Made by a program: the position numbers and the translations under genes
Notes under the pieces: model-generated
What the model saw: only the letters and a program-made list of their open reading frames with translations
What the model was told of the DNA's origin: nothing
Database searches by the model: none
DNA from: a virus
Length of the DNA stretch: 45,772 nt
Virus record (IMG/VR): IMGVR_UViG_3300037086_000398
Location: 68,362 to 114,133 of that record
Reading direction: 5' to 3' (one strand)
Shown here: positions 18,756-27,802 of the stretch, piece after piece
How the letters are laid out: the number at the start of each line of letters is the position of its first letter
Numbering within the stretch: position 1 is the stretch's first letter

Positions 18756-19814
18756 TTGAAAATAGCTCTATTCGGCGACTTGCACATATTCAACCATTTT
18801 GGCAAGACGCAGTTTGAAGACATCGCGCAGAGTTTTTTGATTTATCTGTTTAACTATTGTAAGAAAAATCAAATCAATCAAGTTCGATTTCTTGGTGATT
18901 GGTTCCATATTAAAAACAAACTCTACGTCCCACCCTTTATCAAGAGTATCGACATCCTTCGAGATATGAAGAAATCTGGGATCGAACTAACATTTTTGAT
19001 TGGTAATCATGATGCCCCTCAAATGGGAACGACAGACCATTCCATCATGTATGCATTCAGAGAATATGGAAAAGTAGTACCACTCTATGATTGGGAAGAC
19101 ATTGATGGGGTCAGATTACATTATCTCTCATATGTAGAAGAGCTTCCAAGGTTTGAGTATGCTGAAAATAATATTTTATTGGCTCATCTCGACATTAAAA
19201 ATTTTGCCATGGACAACAATTTCATTTGTAGCGAGGGGTTTTCTGAGGAGTCTTTCGAGAAGTTCAAGTTCGTTTTCTCTGGACATTTTCATAGGCATCA
19301 AATAAGAAACAATATCGTATATGTTGGATCTCCGTATCAAACCCGTTTTTCAGAGAGATTTGACAAGAAGGGATTCATAATCCTTGACACTCAAGCTCAA
19401 AGCTGGCAGTTTCAATTCTATCAGGATGCTCCAGTATTCAAAGAAGTTTCTCCAGATTCTTTTGATCCAAAAGATGTTAGAGGGAATTTTGTCAGAGTCA
19501 GAACCCATAAAAAAAATGCCAATCTCGATGAGATCAAAACAAAACTACTAGCTCTCGGAGCTGAATCAATTGATTTCATTTTTGAGGATGAGGATGAGGC
19601 CAAGGAGCTTAACATGATTGAGGATCTGACAATGGGTTCAATGAATGACCTTGCCTCGGCCTATTACGATAATGTCACAAACAGTAAGCTCTTTGATAAA
19701 AGTATACAGGAACAGATTAGTGCTGGTGTCATGGTTAAGGATGACTTTATGACAATTTTTAGAGAGATAGAAGAAGCTGATCTAACTGGATGGAAACCCG
19801 ATGAAGAACAATAA
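18756..19814 (+). CDS. SbcD/Mre11-like recombination nuclease subunit (T4 gp47-like)
   Basis: 352 aa with calcineurin-like phosphoesterase motifs: ALFGDLH, FLGDWFH, IGNHD, SGHFH. Confidence 0.85.
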   Translation: MKIALFGDLHIFNHFGKTQFEDIAQSFLIYLFNYCKKNQINQVRFLGDWFHIKNKLYVPPFIKSIDILRDMKKSGIELTFLIGNHDAPQMGTTDHSIMYAFREYGKVVPLYDWEDIDGVRLHYLSYVEELPRFEYAENNILLAHLDIKNFAMDNNFICSEGFSEESFEKFKFVFSGHFHRHQIRNNIVYVGSPYQTRFSERFDKKGFIILDTQAQSWQFQFYQDAPVFKEVSPDSFDPKDVRGNFVRVRTHKKNANLDEIKTKLLALGAESIDFIFEDEDEAKELNMIEDLTMGSMNDLASAYYDNVTNSKLFDKSIQEQISAGVMVKDDFMTIFREIEEADLTGWKPDEEQ

Positions 19815-20097
19815 AAAAGAACTTTCTTTTCAAGAAAGACAACGTGTAGAGAAACTTGATAAGGAGGATGCTCTAGTGGCGAAATGGAAACCATTTCTAC
19901 CCGACATAAAAATCACTCGTAGGAACAGTAGAAAGCGAAGAATGATGGTTATGACGGCTCAAGTGCTCGACAATCAGGCTAACTATATGAAAAATATGAT
20001 GACCATGTCCGCTTCTCAAAAGACATTACCTGAAATGATTGCTCAGCAAATAACATCTCTTACTCCAAGAAGCCCAAGGGTAAAAGATGAACAATAG
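19801..20097 (+). CDS. hypothetical protein
   Basis: 98-aa ORF between gp47-like and gp46-like. Confidence 0.45.
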   Translation: MKNNKKELSFQERQRVEKLDKEDALVAKWKPFLPDIKITRRNSRKRRMMVMTAQVLDNQANYMKNMMTMSASQKTLPEMIAQQITSLTPRSPRVKDEQ

Positions 20098-20302
20098 TGA
20101 AATCATAGAAGAAGCCAAAAGACTCCTAAGTCAAGACACTCCAAAACCAAAAAAGAAGGTAACGAAAATTATTCCTCTTATGGCCATGGCTGGTATCACC
20201 AAGAAAGAAAAAGAACAACAATACAAAAGCCTTTTGGCCTGGGGCAAAAAGAAAATTAAGATCAAGCCACTTACTGCCAAAGAGATGAGAAAGATTAAAT
20301 GA
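20087..20302 (+). CDS. hypothetical Lys-rich small protein
   Basis: 71-aa ORF. Confidence 0.4.
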   Translation: MNNSEIIEEAKRLLSQDTPKPKKKVTKIIPLMAMAGITKKEKEQQYKSLLAWGKKKIKIKPLTAKEMRKIK

Positions 20303-20481
20303 CAAAGAAAGAGATAGCAGAAGAGGCCAAAAACTTCTCAGTATCACTCCTATTGATGAGGAAATGAAGAGAACTCTCATAGACAAATGGACTAATTTTT
20401 TAAAGAGAGTTAATGTGGATATGAAGAAAGATGCCATGATCATGGAGAGCAAATTTTCACACATATTGAATGGAAAAATGA

Positions 20482-22443
20482 ATGACATTTAAAGATATAG
20501 AGATTCAAAATTTTTTCTCGTTTGGACAAGAAGAAAAACTAGACCTTTCTACTCCTGGACTTTATCTAGTAACCGGACGAAACATGCTTACTGGAGCTTC
20601 GAATGGAGCCGGAAAATCTACAGTTTTTCATGCTGTGGAATATGCTCTTTTTGGCAAGGTCTCGAAGAGTGTCAATATAGCTGAAATGATCAATGAGCAA
20701 ATTGGAAAAAACTGCAGAGTAAGCTTAGGTTTCAATATCAATGGAAAAGATTATTGGATAGATAGATTCAGAAAAGATGAAGAATTTGGTGATGTTATTA
20801 GGGTGTTTGATGGTGCCAGAGATGAAGACCATCTCATTTCAAAAGCTGAAAAAAGAGACACTCAAGAAATCATCGACAAGATCATAAAGTTTAACTACAA
20901 GTCCTTCATCAATGCGGTTATGATGTCTCAGGAAACTATTGATGGGTTTCTCGAGGCAGAATCTTGGAGAAAGAAAGAGATTATTGAAAACATTCTGCAG
21001 TTGAATGTCATTACTAGATACCATTGGTTTGCGCAGCAGAAAAGAAAGCTTGGTAAAAAGGCCGTTGAGCGATTTACATATGAAGTTAAAACCCTTAGCA
21101 ATGGTCTTGAAAATGTCAAGAAGTCTATGACGGACTATGTTGAATCATGTAGAAAACAGAAAGATGCCAATGCAAAACTAGTAATAGAGCTTGAAAAAGA
21201 TCTTAAAAAGATCAATGAAACTGATATCGAAAAGGAGCGAGCCCTTATTACAGAAGCAGAGAGGTTGGCTCTTCTTGTTGAACAGAAAATGGTCGATTAC
21301 CAAAAGATTGTTGATCGAGTTGTCTTTTTGGAAAAAGAAAAAGACAATTATCGTTCTTCAAGAGAAGAATACAAAGATCTTACAAAGAACAATCGAAAAA
21401 CTATCAAACAGCTCAATCAAGACATTGAGAAGCTAAATACTAGTGTGAAAGATCTCCAAACTACTTTAATCAAAGTTGAAGCAAATCCCGAACTTTGTCC
21501 ATTGTGTGAAAACGCAATCAATGTTGATAAGCTTGAACATTGGAAAGATGATCAGAATGAAAAGATTAATGCCTTTATTGATAGTAAAGATGAAAAGCTC
21601 AAGTTAATTGAAAGCTCTCAATTGCAAATAATTGGTTGGGAAACCAAAGACAAAGATTTTGAGACTGGTATTGAAGATTGCATCAAGAAAATCAAAGATG
21701 AAAATAAAGCCTCTGTGGACCTCAAGAAAGAATATGAAGCAATCATTGTTCCAAGGACAATGAACTTGGATGAACTCAATGAGCTTTCAAAGAAAAAACT
21801 TGAAATAGAAGTCAAGCTTGCCGAGCTGAACAGTAAGACTTTTATCGATAAAGAATATCTCGATAAAATCAAACAGCAGGGAGTTGAAACTCTCAGAGAT
21901 TTGAATGCTAGAAAAAGAGATCTGTTGGCGGCCCAAAAGAGATTCACCATTCTGGAATGGTGGGAAGACAGTCTTTCTTCAAAGAAAAACTCAATGAAGT
22001 CCTGGTGCATTAACAACATTATCGGGTATTTCAATGCTAGATTGAAGTATTATATGGACAGGTTTTTTGATGGGACCGTAAGTATTCAAATGGACACGGA
22101 ATTAAACGAGCAAGTTACATATTTAGATAATGAAAGAACAGTTGGTCAATTCTCTGGTGGTGAAAAAAGGCGATTAAATCTCGCAATTTTGTTTGCCCTA
22201 AATAGCTTAATCAAAGCTAACTTGACAACCAAAATCAACATCATGTTCCTCGATGAGGTTTTGTCGAATTCTTTAGATGACAAAGGCATATCAACCGTGC
22301 TCGAATTGCTTGAAGAATTGAAAGATAACAAAGAGACCGTGTTTGTAATTGACCACAGAGACCATTTCAAAGACTATCCTTCTTTTGAATCTGTGGTGGT
22401 TCATAAGGATAAGAGTGGTTTTAGCCACATAGTGAAAAATTAA
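20482..22443 (+). CDS. SbcC/Rad50-like ATPase (T4 gp46-like)
   Basis: 653 aa. N-terminal Walker A (NGAGKST), long coiled coil with a CPLC zinc-hook, C-terminal ABC signature (FSGGEKRR) and Walker B (IMFLDE). Confidence 0.85.
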   Translation: MTFKDIEIQNFFSFGQEEKLDLSTPGLYLVTGRNMLTGASNGAGKSTVFHAVEYALFGKVSKSVNIAEMINEQIGKNCRVSLGFNINGKDYWIDRFRKDEEFGDVIRVFDGARDEDHLISKAEKRDTQEIIDKIIKFNYKSFINAVMMSQETIDGFLEAESWRKKEIIENILQLNVITRYHWFAQQKRKLGKKAVERFTYEVKTLSNGLENVKKSMTDYVESCRKQKDANAKLVIELEKDLKKINETDIEKERALITEAERLALLVEQKMVDYQKIVDRVVFLEKEKDNYRSSREEYKDLTKNNRKTIKQLNQDIEKLNTSVKDLQTTLIKVEANPELCPLCENAINVDKLEHWKDDQNEKINAFIDSKDEKLKLIESSQLQIIGWETKDKDFETGIEDCIKKIKDENKASVDLKKEYEAIIVPRTMNLDELNELSKKKLEIEVKLAELNSKTFIDKEYLDKIKQQGVETLRDLNARKRDLLAAQKRFTILEWWEDSLSSKKNSMKSWCINNIIGYFNARLKYYMDRFFDGTVSIQMDTELNEQVTYLDNERTVGQFSGGEKRRLNLAILFALNSLIKANLTTKINIMFLDEVLSNSLDDKGISTVLELLEELKDNKETVFVIDHRDHFKDYPSFESVVVHKDKSGFSHIVKN

Positions 22444-23036
22444 TGAATCTTAAATTAGGAAAATACTATCACATCTCTGATGCTCTCATTCAAGAATTTA
22501 AGGAAAATAAGCCTGTAAATAACTTAGTCAAGTTGGTGTCTAGATTGGGAAATGGTGTAACATTTTCTGATTCTACGAGTATGACTTTTACTGTGACTTT
22601 GGAGCAGTTTTTGGCAAATGCTAAAGATCCAAAACTTGAAGTCGGAGCAAGGATTTTTCAGACTAGTGCAGCTCAATCTTCTACTCCAATAATTCCAACT
22701 CCTGCAATACCAACACCAGTTCAACCAATACCAGTGCAACCAAACTCTGTGACTCCTGTGCCAATTCAGCCAATACCAGTCATTCCTGTGATACCGGTGC
22801 CAGTTCAACCAACACCAGTCACTCCTACACCAGTTCAGCCTGGACAAGAACCTACGATTGTTATTACGCCAACACAACCTGTGACGCCGGCACAGCCAAT
22901 ACAGCCTGTAATTCCAACACCACAACCGACACCACCACAGCAAGATACTATTATAGTGGTTCCAGAGACACCGGTTGGACCTTCTCCTACACCCACTAAG
23001 CCGGATAATCCTTACGGGGAGGACAAATACTTATGA
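22443..23036 (+). CDS. protein with a folded N-terminal domain and a roughly 110-aa Pro/Thr/Val/Gln-rich low-complexity linker
   Basis: 197 aa with PIPVQP/PVTPTP repeats; the nucleotide sequence is degenerate-repetitive across 22681-22990. TAATG overlap with the gp46-like stop. Confidence 0.55.
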   Translation: MNLKLGKYYHISDALIQEFKENKPVNNLVKLVSRLGNGVTFSDSTSMTFTVTLEQFLANAKDPKLEVGARIFQTSAAQSSTPIIPTPAIPTPVQPIPVQPNSVTPVPIQPIPVIPVIPVPVQPTPVTPTPVQPGQEPTIVITPTQPVTPAQPIQPVIPTPQPTPPQQDTIIVVPETPVGPSPTPTKPDNPYGEDKYL

Positions 23037-23302
23037 GATACGATGAAGCAGTAGACATGGCACCTCTGTTGAAAAAGCAAGAGGATTTACAAAAACAAAT
23101 AGCTCAAATTACACAGCAAGCCCAGGCTAGATTGGCCCCACTACAGGTTCAGTTAAATACACTTGCAAAGCAAATTGGTGCAGCACAAAAAAAAGCTCCA
23201 AACCAACAGAACCAACCTCAGCAACCAGCGCAATCTAATCAGCCAGGACAGCAGCAAACACAGCAAAGTCCGGGATTGAATCCAGTTTCACCCGTAGCAT
23301 AG
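23033..23302 (+). CDS. Gln-rich low-complexity protein
   Basis: 89 aa with (Q/P/N)-rich tail QQNQPQQPAQSNQPGQQQTQQ. ATGA overlap with the upstream gene. Confidence 0.5.
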   Translation: MRYDEAVDMAPLLKKQEDLQKQIAQITQQAQARLAPLQVQLNTLAKQIGAAQKKAPNQQNQPQQPAQSNQPGQQQTQQSPGLNPVSPVA

Positions 23303-23337
23303 AAAAACCATATTTTCAAAAAAGGAGAAAATAGATT

Positions 23338-23646
23338 ATGGCAAATGACGAGACGAAGCAGCAGTTGGATCAAGTCAATTCACAGCTTCAGAATCTCAAC
23401 GCTTCTAGACTCACTTGTGATAGACTTATCGAGAGTGGTTCATTGAAGATCGTTGATGCGAATGATAAGGGAGAGGCACCCCTCACCCTTAGCATTTCTG
23501 GAGACATTGTGGCTGACGTTCTTGCACCAGTCATCAAGACTATCAATGTAAGAAAGGAAAACATGTTGGCCATCAAGGAGAGACTGCTTGGATTGGTCGA
23601 AACACCACCAGCCGATGTACCTGCTCCTGCGGACACCACAGCTTAA
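23338..23646 (+). CDS. hypothetical protein
   Basis: 102 aa; RBS AAGGAGAA upstream. Confidence 0.5.
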   Translation: MANDETKQQLDQVNSQLQNLNASRLTCDRLIESGSLKIVDANDKGEAPLTLSISGDIVADVLAPVIKTINVRKENMLAIKERLLGLVETPPADVPAPADTTA

Positions 23647-23682
23647 AAGTAAGTATAGTGGGGGGCAACCCCCACTTACTTT
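23645..23682 (+). other. long imperfect RNA hairpin (14 bp with a bulge) closed by a GCAA tetraloop; terminator or processing/stability element
   Basis: AAAGTAAGT-ATAGT-GGGGG-GCAA-CCCCC-ACTTACTTT, immediately followed by the next RBS. No long T-tract. Confidence 0.4.
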
Positions 23683-23693
23683 AGGAGTTTCTT

Positions 23694-23984
23694 ATGGAAA
23701 TTAAGGTCGAGATTCCTTTGGGGACGAAAGCAGTAAGAAAAATTGTCAAAGTTGATAGAGATGCTTTTGATAAAGAGTTGCATGCTTTTATTGACACATT
23801 GGAAAATCGAGAAATTCTCGATCAAGACTTATATAAGAAACTCCTTGAGTATGGCATAAACAAGGTTGAATTCGATCAGATGATAGAGAAGATAAAAGTG
23901 TTTGCTTCCTATGACGATGTGAATACTGACATTGGTTTTCCATATGAACAATGGATAGGGAGGTTGTTGGAAAAATATGAGTAA
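23694..23984 (+). CDS. hypothetical protein
   Basis: 96-aa ORF. Confidence 0.5.
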   Translation: MEIKVEIPLGTKAVRKIVKVDRDAFDKELHAFIDTLENREILDQDLYKKLLEYGINKVEFDQMIEKIKVFASYDDVNTDIGFPYEQWIGRLLEKYE

Positions 23985-24181
23985 ACAATTTGTGTATCTA
24001 GTCGATGACCTCGACGTTTTAAGAGTTGAAAAATGAAAAGGGCGCGTGCCACCACTACGGACATTGAAGACATCAAGTTTAGTGTTGGGGCAGCGACAGT
24101 TACAGCAGTCGCTAAAAAAGATGTTGAAAAACAGATTAAGATGGCGGCTGGAATAGCCGGAGCTTCTTTTAGGAGGAAGGT

Positions 24182-24676
24182 ATGATTGGTTTGATTTTGT
24201 TTCTGGTGTTTGCGATTCCAGCGGTTGGTCTAATTCTCATGAACTTTATTTCTGATTCGATCAAACATACAACCAAGATTGATTTTAAGAAGACAATGTT
24301 CTTTTGTATCATTGCTGCAGCCGTTGTTTTTACTCTAGCCTCAGTGCTTCCATATCTATTGCAAGAGAGAGACAAATCGTTTGTTCTTTCTGCTCAGAGC
24401 AACATCACCCTCTATGATCAATACACTGATGAGTATACTAAAGCAGCGCAGGATCAGATCGCTCAGTATCAACAGATGGTTTCAGAAATGGCTCGGACAG
24501 CAACTTCGACTCAGCTTCAATTCTACAATCAGCAGATAGATGCTGTAGGAAATGAGCTTTCAGCTAAAATTAAGGATTTCAAAAATCTTAAAATGACTCA
24601 GCAACTTGAAATCAACAGACATCAAGCCAACATAGATACTCGATTAAAAAACAAATGGTTCTTTTGGATTAAATAA
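24182..24676 (+). CDS. membrane protein (two TM helices) with a coiled-coil C-terminus
   Basis: 164 aa. Hydrophobic segments LILFLVFAIPAVGLILMNF and FFCIIAAAVVFTLASVLPYLL. Confidence 0.55.
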   Translation: MIGLILFLVFAIPAVGLILMNFISDSIKHTTKIDFKKTMFFCIIAAAVVFTLASVLPYLLQERDKSFVLSAQSNITLYDQYTDEYTKAAQDQIAQYQQMVSEMARTATSTQLQFYNQQIDAVGNELSAKIKDFKNLKMTQQLEINRHQANIDTRLKNKWFFWIK

Positions 24677-24976
24677 ATGGACGAAAAAAACAACGTGCTA
24701 CATATTCCACCAAATACAATTCTCTTTGGTCAGTTCTTGATTGAAAAGAAAAAAATTGATCAGGCCAAACTTAATGCAGCTTTGGAAATACAGAAAAAAG
24801 AGGATAGTTTAAACCTGAGACAAAGTCATCGTCTATTAGGAGTGATTCTATTGGAGAACCTTCATGTTTTCAAAGACAGAATAGAACTAAATCACTACTT
24901 GCAGGAGTATAGTTCTTTCAGAGAAGATGTTGAGGCCAGAATCTATAAAGCAAAAATGGAATCAAACAAAAAATAA
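24677..24976 (+). CDS. hypothetical protein
   Basis: 99 aa, starting at the stop of the upstream gene. Confidence 0.5.
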   Translation: MDEKNNVLHIPPNTILFGQFLIEKKKIDQAKLNAALEIQKKEDSLNLRQSHRLLGVILLENLHVFKDRIELNHYLQEYSSFREDVEARIYKAKMESNKK

Positions 24977-25019
24977 GAAAAGCATATTTAACTAATAGTT
25001 TAGAAAGTAGGAGTTAAAA

Positions 25020-25316
25020 ATGGGCAAGCTTTTCTTTCAAGATGATAACGGCACACAGCATCAAATAAATTTACAAAATGTTCAGACAAAATACTTTAGT
25101 CCTGGTGATGTAATTGTAGCTTACTACGAAGTAGGTGAAACCCCCCTCGATCAATCAAACATGGCTTTGGAACAACTTCAAACTCTTTTGAAATCTGTAT
25201 TTCCACCAGAGATTAAAGTTGTCACTATCGCCACTCGACATGGTTCAAAAGACGTCGATATAAAATCATTCAAACATAAAGGAAACGTAGAGGTACCAAA
25301 CAATGGACAAGGATAA
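25020..25316 (+). CDS. hypothetical protein (UvsY-like accessory role possible by position only)
   Basis: 98 aa, directly upstream of and overlapping the recombinase gene. Confidence 0.45.
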   Translation: MGKLFFQDDNGTQHQINLQNVQTKYFSPGDVIVAYYEVGETPLDQSNMALEQLQTLLKSVFPPEIKVVTIATRHGSKDVDIKSFKHKGNVEVPNNGQG

Positions 25317-26622
25317 CATTAGAGAAGAACTTATCAAAAACTTCAAGAAAGAATTTCCAGATTCTCCACTGGAACCAATGGATAAAAGTGAGCTTGCAGA
25401 GATTCCTAGCTGGATAACGACTGGAAACTATGCACTCAACTGGGGAATCAGTAAAGACATGTTTAGGGGTCTCCCGGGAGGAAGAGTTGTCTTACTTTCT
25501 GGTGATCCATCTTCTGGAAAATCAATGATTTCTCTCTCAATGATGAGGGAGCCATCAATTGATCTCATCATCTATCTTGATTCTGAGGGTGGCAGTGTCA
25601 CAAAAGAATTTGCTAGATTCCTTGGAATTGACACAAAGAAAATTCTATATTCACAGGTTGACACTGTCGAAGAACTCAAGACTAGAATGGCTCTTACTAT
25701 CGATACTATCGAGAAAAATAAGAGTAGCAAAAAAGTTCTCATGATCATAGACTCTATTTCTATGATTACGACTGATAAAGAAAAAAATCCTGAAGCTGGA
25801 GCAGACATGGGAAATAGAGCGAAACTCATGCGCTCATTCTTCCGTCAGTATGTTCGCAAAATGCAGAAAATGAACATCTGTGTCGTCGGAACCGCACACC
25901 TCACAGAAAATATTGGTGGGTATGGACCATCAAAAATAGTTTCTGGTGGAACAATCTTCGGATATGTTCCATCTGTAGAAGTCCGTTTCTCCAAGATCAA
26001 TGCTGAATCCGAAACTGAGCGAACCGCTGTTGGAACTTCACTAGTGAAGATCCGAGCAGAGATGGTAAAATCACGTCTTGGAACTCTTGGAAAAATTGTT
26101 AAGTTTGACCTTGATCTTCAGACTGGTCTAGACCCATATGCTGGCATTGCAGACATCTTAAAAGACTATCAATTCGTAATTCCCGCCGCAAAGGATGTTG
26201 AAGAGCAGATCAAAAACAAAGAAACTCCTAAGAAATCCACTGGATGGTGGATGTTTAAGCCTTGGGATTGTCCTCCAGTAAGTGTTCTCATTTCTAAGAT
26301 GAGAGAGGAAAATCTTCTTACAGTTGATGGAAAGTTTAGGGATGATAAGATAAAGGAATGGTCAAAAGACGTTCCTTGGTTCTTAAAGGAAATTCAGAGA
26401 GTATTGGATTCCGTTTATGCTGAAGACGAATTCAAAACAGAATCAACAGAAACTGAAGAACCAATCGAAGAAAATTCAGCTGAAACCCCAGTTCAAGAAA
26501 AACCGACAAGAAGGAAAAGAGGTGCGGGAGTATCAGTTATGGAAACTATTGCTGAGCCACCAGCTGAAGAGATCGTTGAGACTACACCGATTACACAAGT
26601 TACAGAGCCAGCTTCCGTCTAA
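25303..26622 (+). CDS. uvsX: UvsX/RecA-like recombinase
   Basis: 439 aa. Walker A GDPSSGKS, RecA-core blocks (IIDSISMITT, NICVVGTAHLTEN, KFDLDLQTGLDPYAGIADI), acidic C-terminal tail. Block order is collinear with T4 UvsX. Confidence 0.85.
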   Translation: MDKDNIREELIKNFKKEFPDSPLEPMDKSELAEIPSWITTGNYALNWGISKDMFRGLPGGRVVLLSGDPSSGKSMISLSMMREPSIDLIIYLDSEGGSVTKEFARFLGIDTKKILYSQVDTVEELKTRMALTIDTIEKNKSSKKVLMIIDSISMITTDKEKNPEAGADMGNRAKLMRSFFRQYVRKMQKMNICVVGTAHLTENIGGYGPSKIVSGGTIFGYVPSVEVRFSKINAESETERTAVGTSLVKIRAEMVKSRLGTLGKIVKFDLDLQTGLDPYAGIADILKDYQFVIPAAKDVEEQIKNKETPKKSTGWWMFKPWDCPPVSVLISKMREENLLTVDGKFRDDKIKEWSKDVPWFLKEIQRVLDSVYAEDEFKTESTETEEPIEENSAETPVQEKPTRRKRGAGVSVMETIAEPPAEEIVETTPITQVTEPASV

Positions 26623-26784
26623 ATTTTTGCATATATTGTATTGATGAGGCTTACGGAGCAGGTCCAAACCGTCCAGTCACGCAATTCCGGGCAGTGTGGT
26701 TCAACGAAGAACTCACTTTGACCGAATTGAGTCATTGCCATATTGGATAAGTCTGCCGTAAGCCTCTTCTTTAAAGGAAGAAGA

Positions 26785-27114
26785 ATGAAACGAAATTTTT
26801 TGATCGTTTTAATAGTTCTGTTGATAGTGGGATGTTCTTCTTTCTCACTGTCGAATCCATTTCTAGGTGATTGGTCATTTGGAACTGGAAAAACAAAAGT
26901 AGATTTTTTGTTTGGAACTAGTGGAATGGTGAAAATTTCTGGTCCAAAATTTGCTGGGGTGGCTGATTACAGTTGGGACGGAGATTCACTAACTTTAAAA
27001 TACCGAACGGATTCAAGAATTTTATATTATCACTTTACATTTTCAAAGGATCATATAAAATTGAATCTTGAGGACGTCACAAAAAATATAATAGTGCTAA
27101 CGAAAGGGAAATGA
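26785..27114 (+). CDS. lipoprotein
   Basis: Start at MKRNFLIVLIVLLIVGCSS (lipobox LIVGC) with RBS AAAGGAAG. The ORF track's longer start at 26743 lacks an RBS. Confidence 0.6.
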   Translation: MKRNFLIVLIVLLIVGCSSFSLSNPFLGDWSFGTGKTKVDFLFGTSGMVKISGPKFAGVADYSWDGDSLTLKYRTDSRILYYHFTFSKDHIKLNLEDVTKNIIVLTKGK

Positions 27115-27566
27115 TGGATCTTAAGATTGTTGATCCGAAGGAAGTGGAAGGTGTTGTTTGTGAACCAGTTTCTGCTAATGATGTAGAAGCCATTATAAAC
27201 GAAACGGTTCCACAAATGAAGAAGATTCTTTTTGATTTGAATGGCTACGGCCTTGCCGCACCCCAAGTTGGAATCAAGAAAATGTTTTTCATCATCAGAG
27301 ATGGAATTGATGTTAGAACTTTTTTCAATGCAAAATATGCCAAAGCGTCTGACGGTAGGGTATCAAACGAAGAGGGATGTTTGTCGTATGGTTTTGGAAA
27401 GCGCCACGTTCCAGTGAAGAGATTTAAAAACGTGGTGGTGATTTGGGATGAGTGGAGTGGAAAGGCGTTCATTCGCAGAAGTCAGAAATTTAACGGACTC
27501 AACTCAGTAGCATTTCAGCATGAGATTGATCATATTAATGGCACAACAATTTTTACAAGAAGGTAA
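27111..27566 (+). CDS. def: peptide deformylase
   Basis: 151 aa with all three PDF motifs: GLAAPQVG, EGCLS, QHEIDHING (HExxH). Confidence 0.85.
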   Translation: MMDLKIVDPKEVEGVVCEPVSANDVEAIINETVPQMKKILFDLNGYGLAAPQVGIKKMFFIIRDGIDVRTFFNAKYAKASDGRVSNEEGCLSYGFGKRHVPVKRFKNVVVIWDEWSGKAFIRRSQKFNGLNSVAFQHEIDHINGTTIFTRR

Positions 27567-27575
27567 GGGACATAA

Positions 27576-27800
27576 ATGGCACAAATTATCGTTGGCAAAG
27601 ATGAACCACTTGAGGCGGCAATCAGACGTTTCAAGAAGAAACAAGAAGCAGAAGGTATTATCAAGGCCTACAAAGAAAAGCAGTTTTTCACAAAACCTTC
27701 GGCAAAAAGAAGAGAAAAGAGAAAAGAAGCTCTTCGAAAGCAGATGGTAAAGAAGATCAGAAAAGACAAAAGGGTTCATGACGCCACCAGAAAGGTCTAA
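27576..27800 (+). CDS. rpsU: ribosomal protein bS21 homologue
   Basis: 74 aa; MAQIIVGKDEPLEAAIRRFKKKQEAEGIIKAYKEKQFFTKPSAKRREKRKEA matches the bacterial S21 consensus (VxENEPxxxALRRFKR...E.G...R.FyEKPS.kRk). Confidence 0.8.
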   Translation: MAQIIVGKDEPLEAAIRRFKKKQEAEGIIKAYKEKQFFTKPSAKRREKRKEALRKQMVKKIRKDKRVHDATRKV

Positions 27801-27802
27801 CT

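Noticed and set aside
20364-20492. 42-aa ORF overlapping the start of the gp46-like gene, plus a 50-aa ORF at 24033-24185
   Set aside because: Short, with weak or absent RBS and no distinguishing features. Cannot be supported from sequence alone.
22524-22943. 139-aa W/C/R-rich minus-strand ORF
   Set aside because: It is the reverse-complement reading of the Pro/Thr/Val codon repeats, with implausible composition.
22681-22990. Degenerate short nucleotide repeats (CCAATACCAGTNCAACCA-like) considered as a CRISPR or minisatellite array
   Set aside because: The repeats are imperfect and in-frame, with no unique spacers. They simply encode the PxP low-complexity linker.
26640-26742. Possible tRNA (the region contains GGTTCAACG and ends ...TTGCCA)
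   Set aside because: No complementary acceptor stem, and the T-arm stems do not pair. Interpreted instead as a possible structured leader or sRNA.
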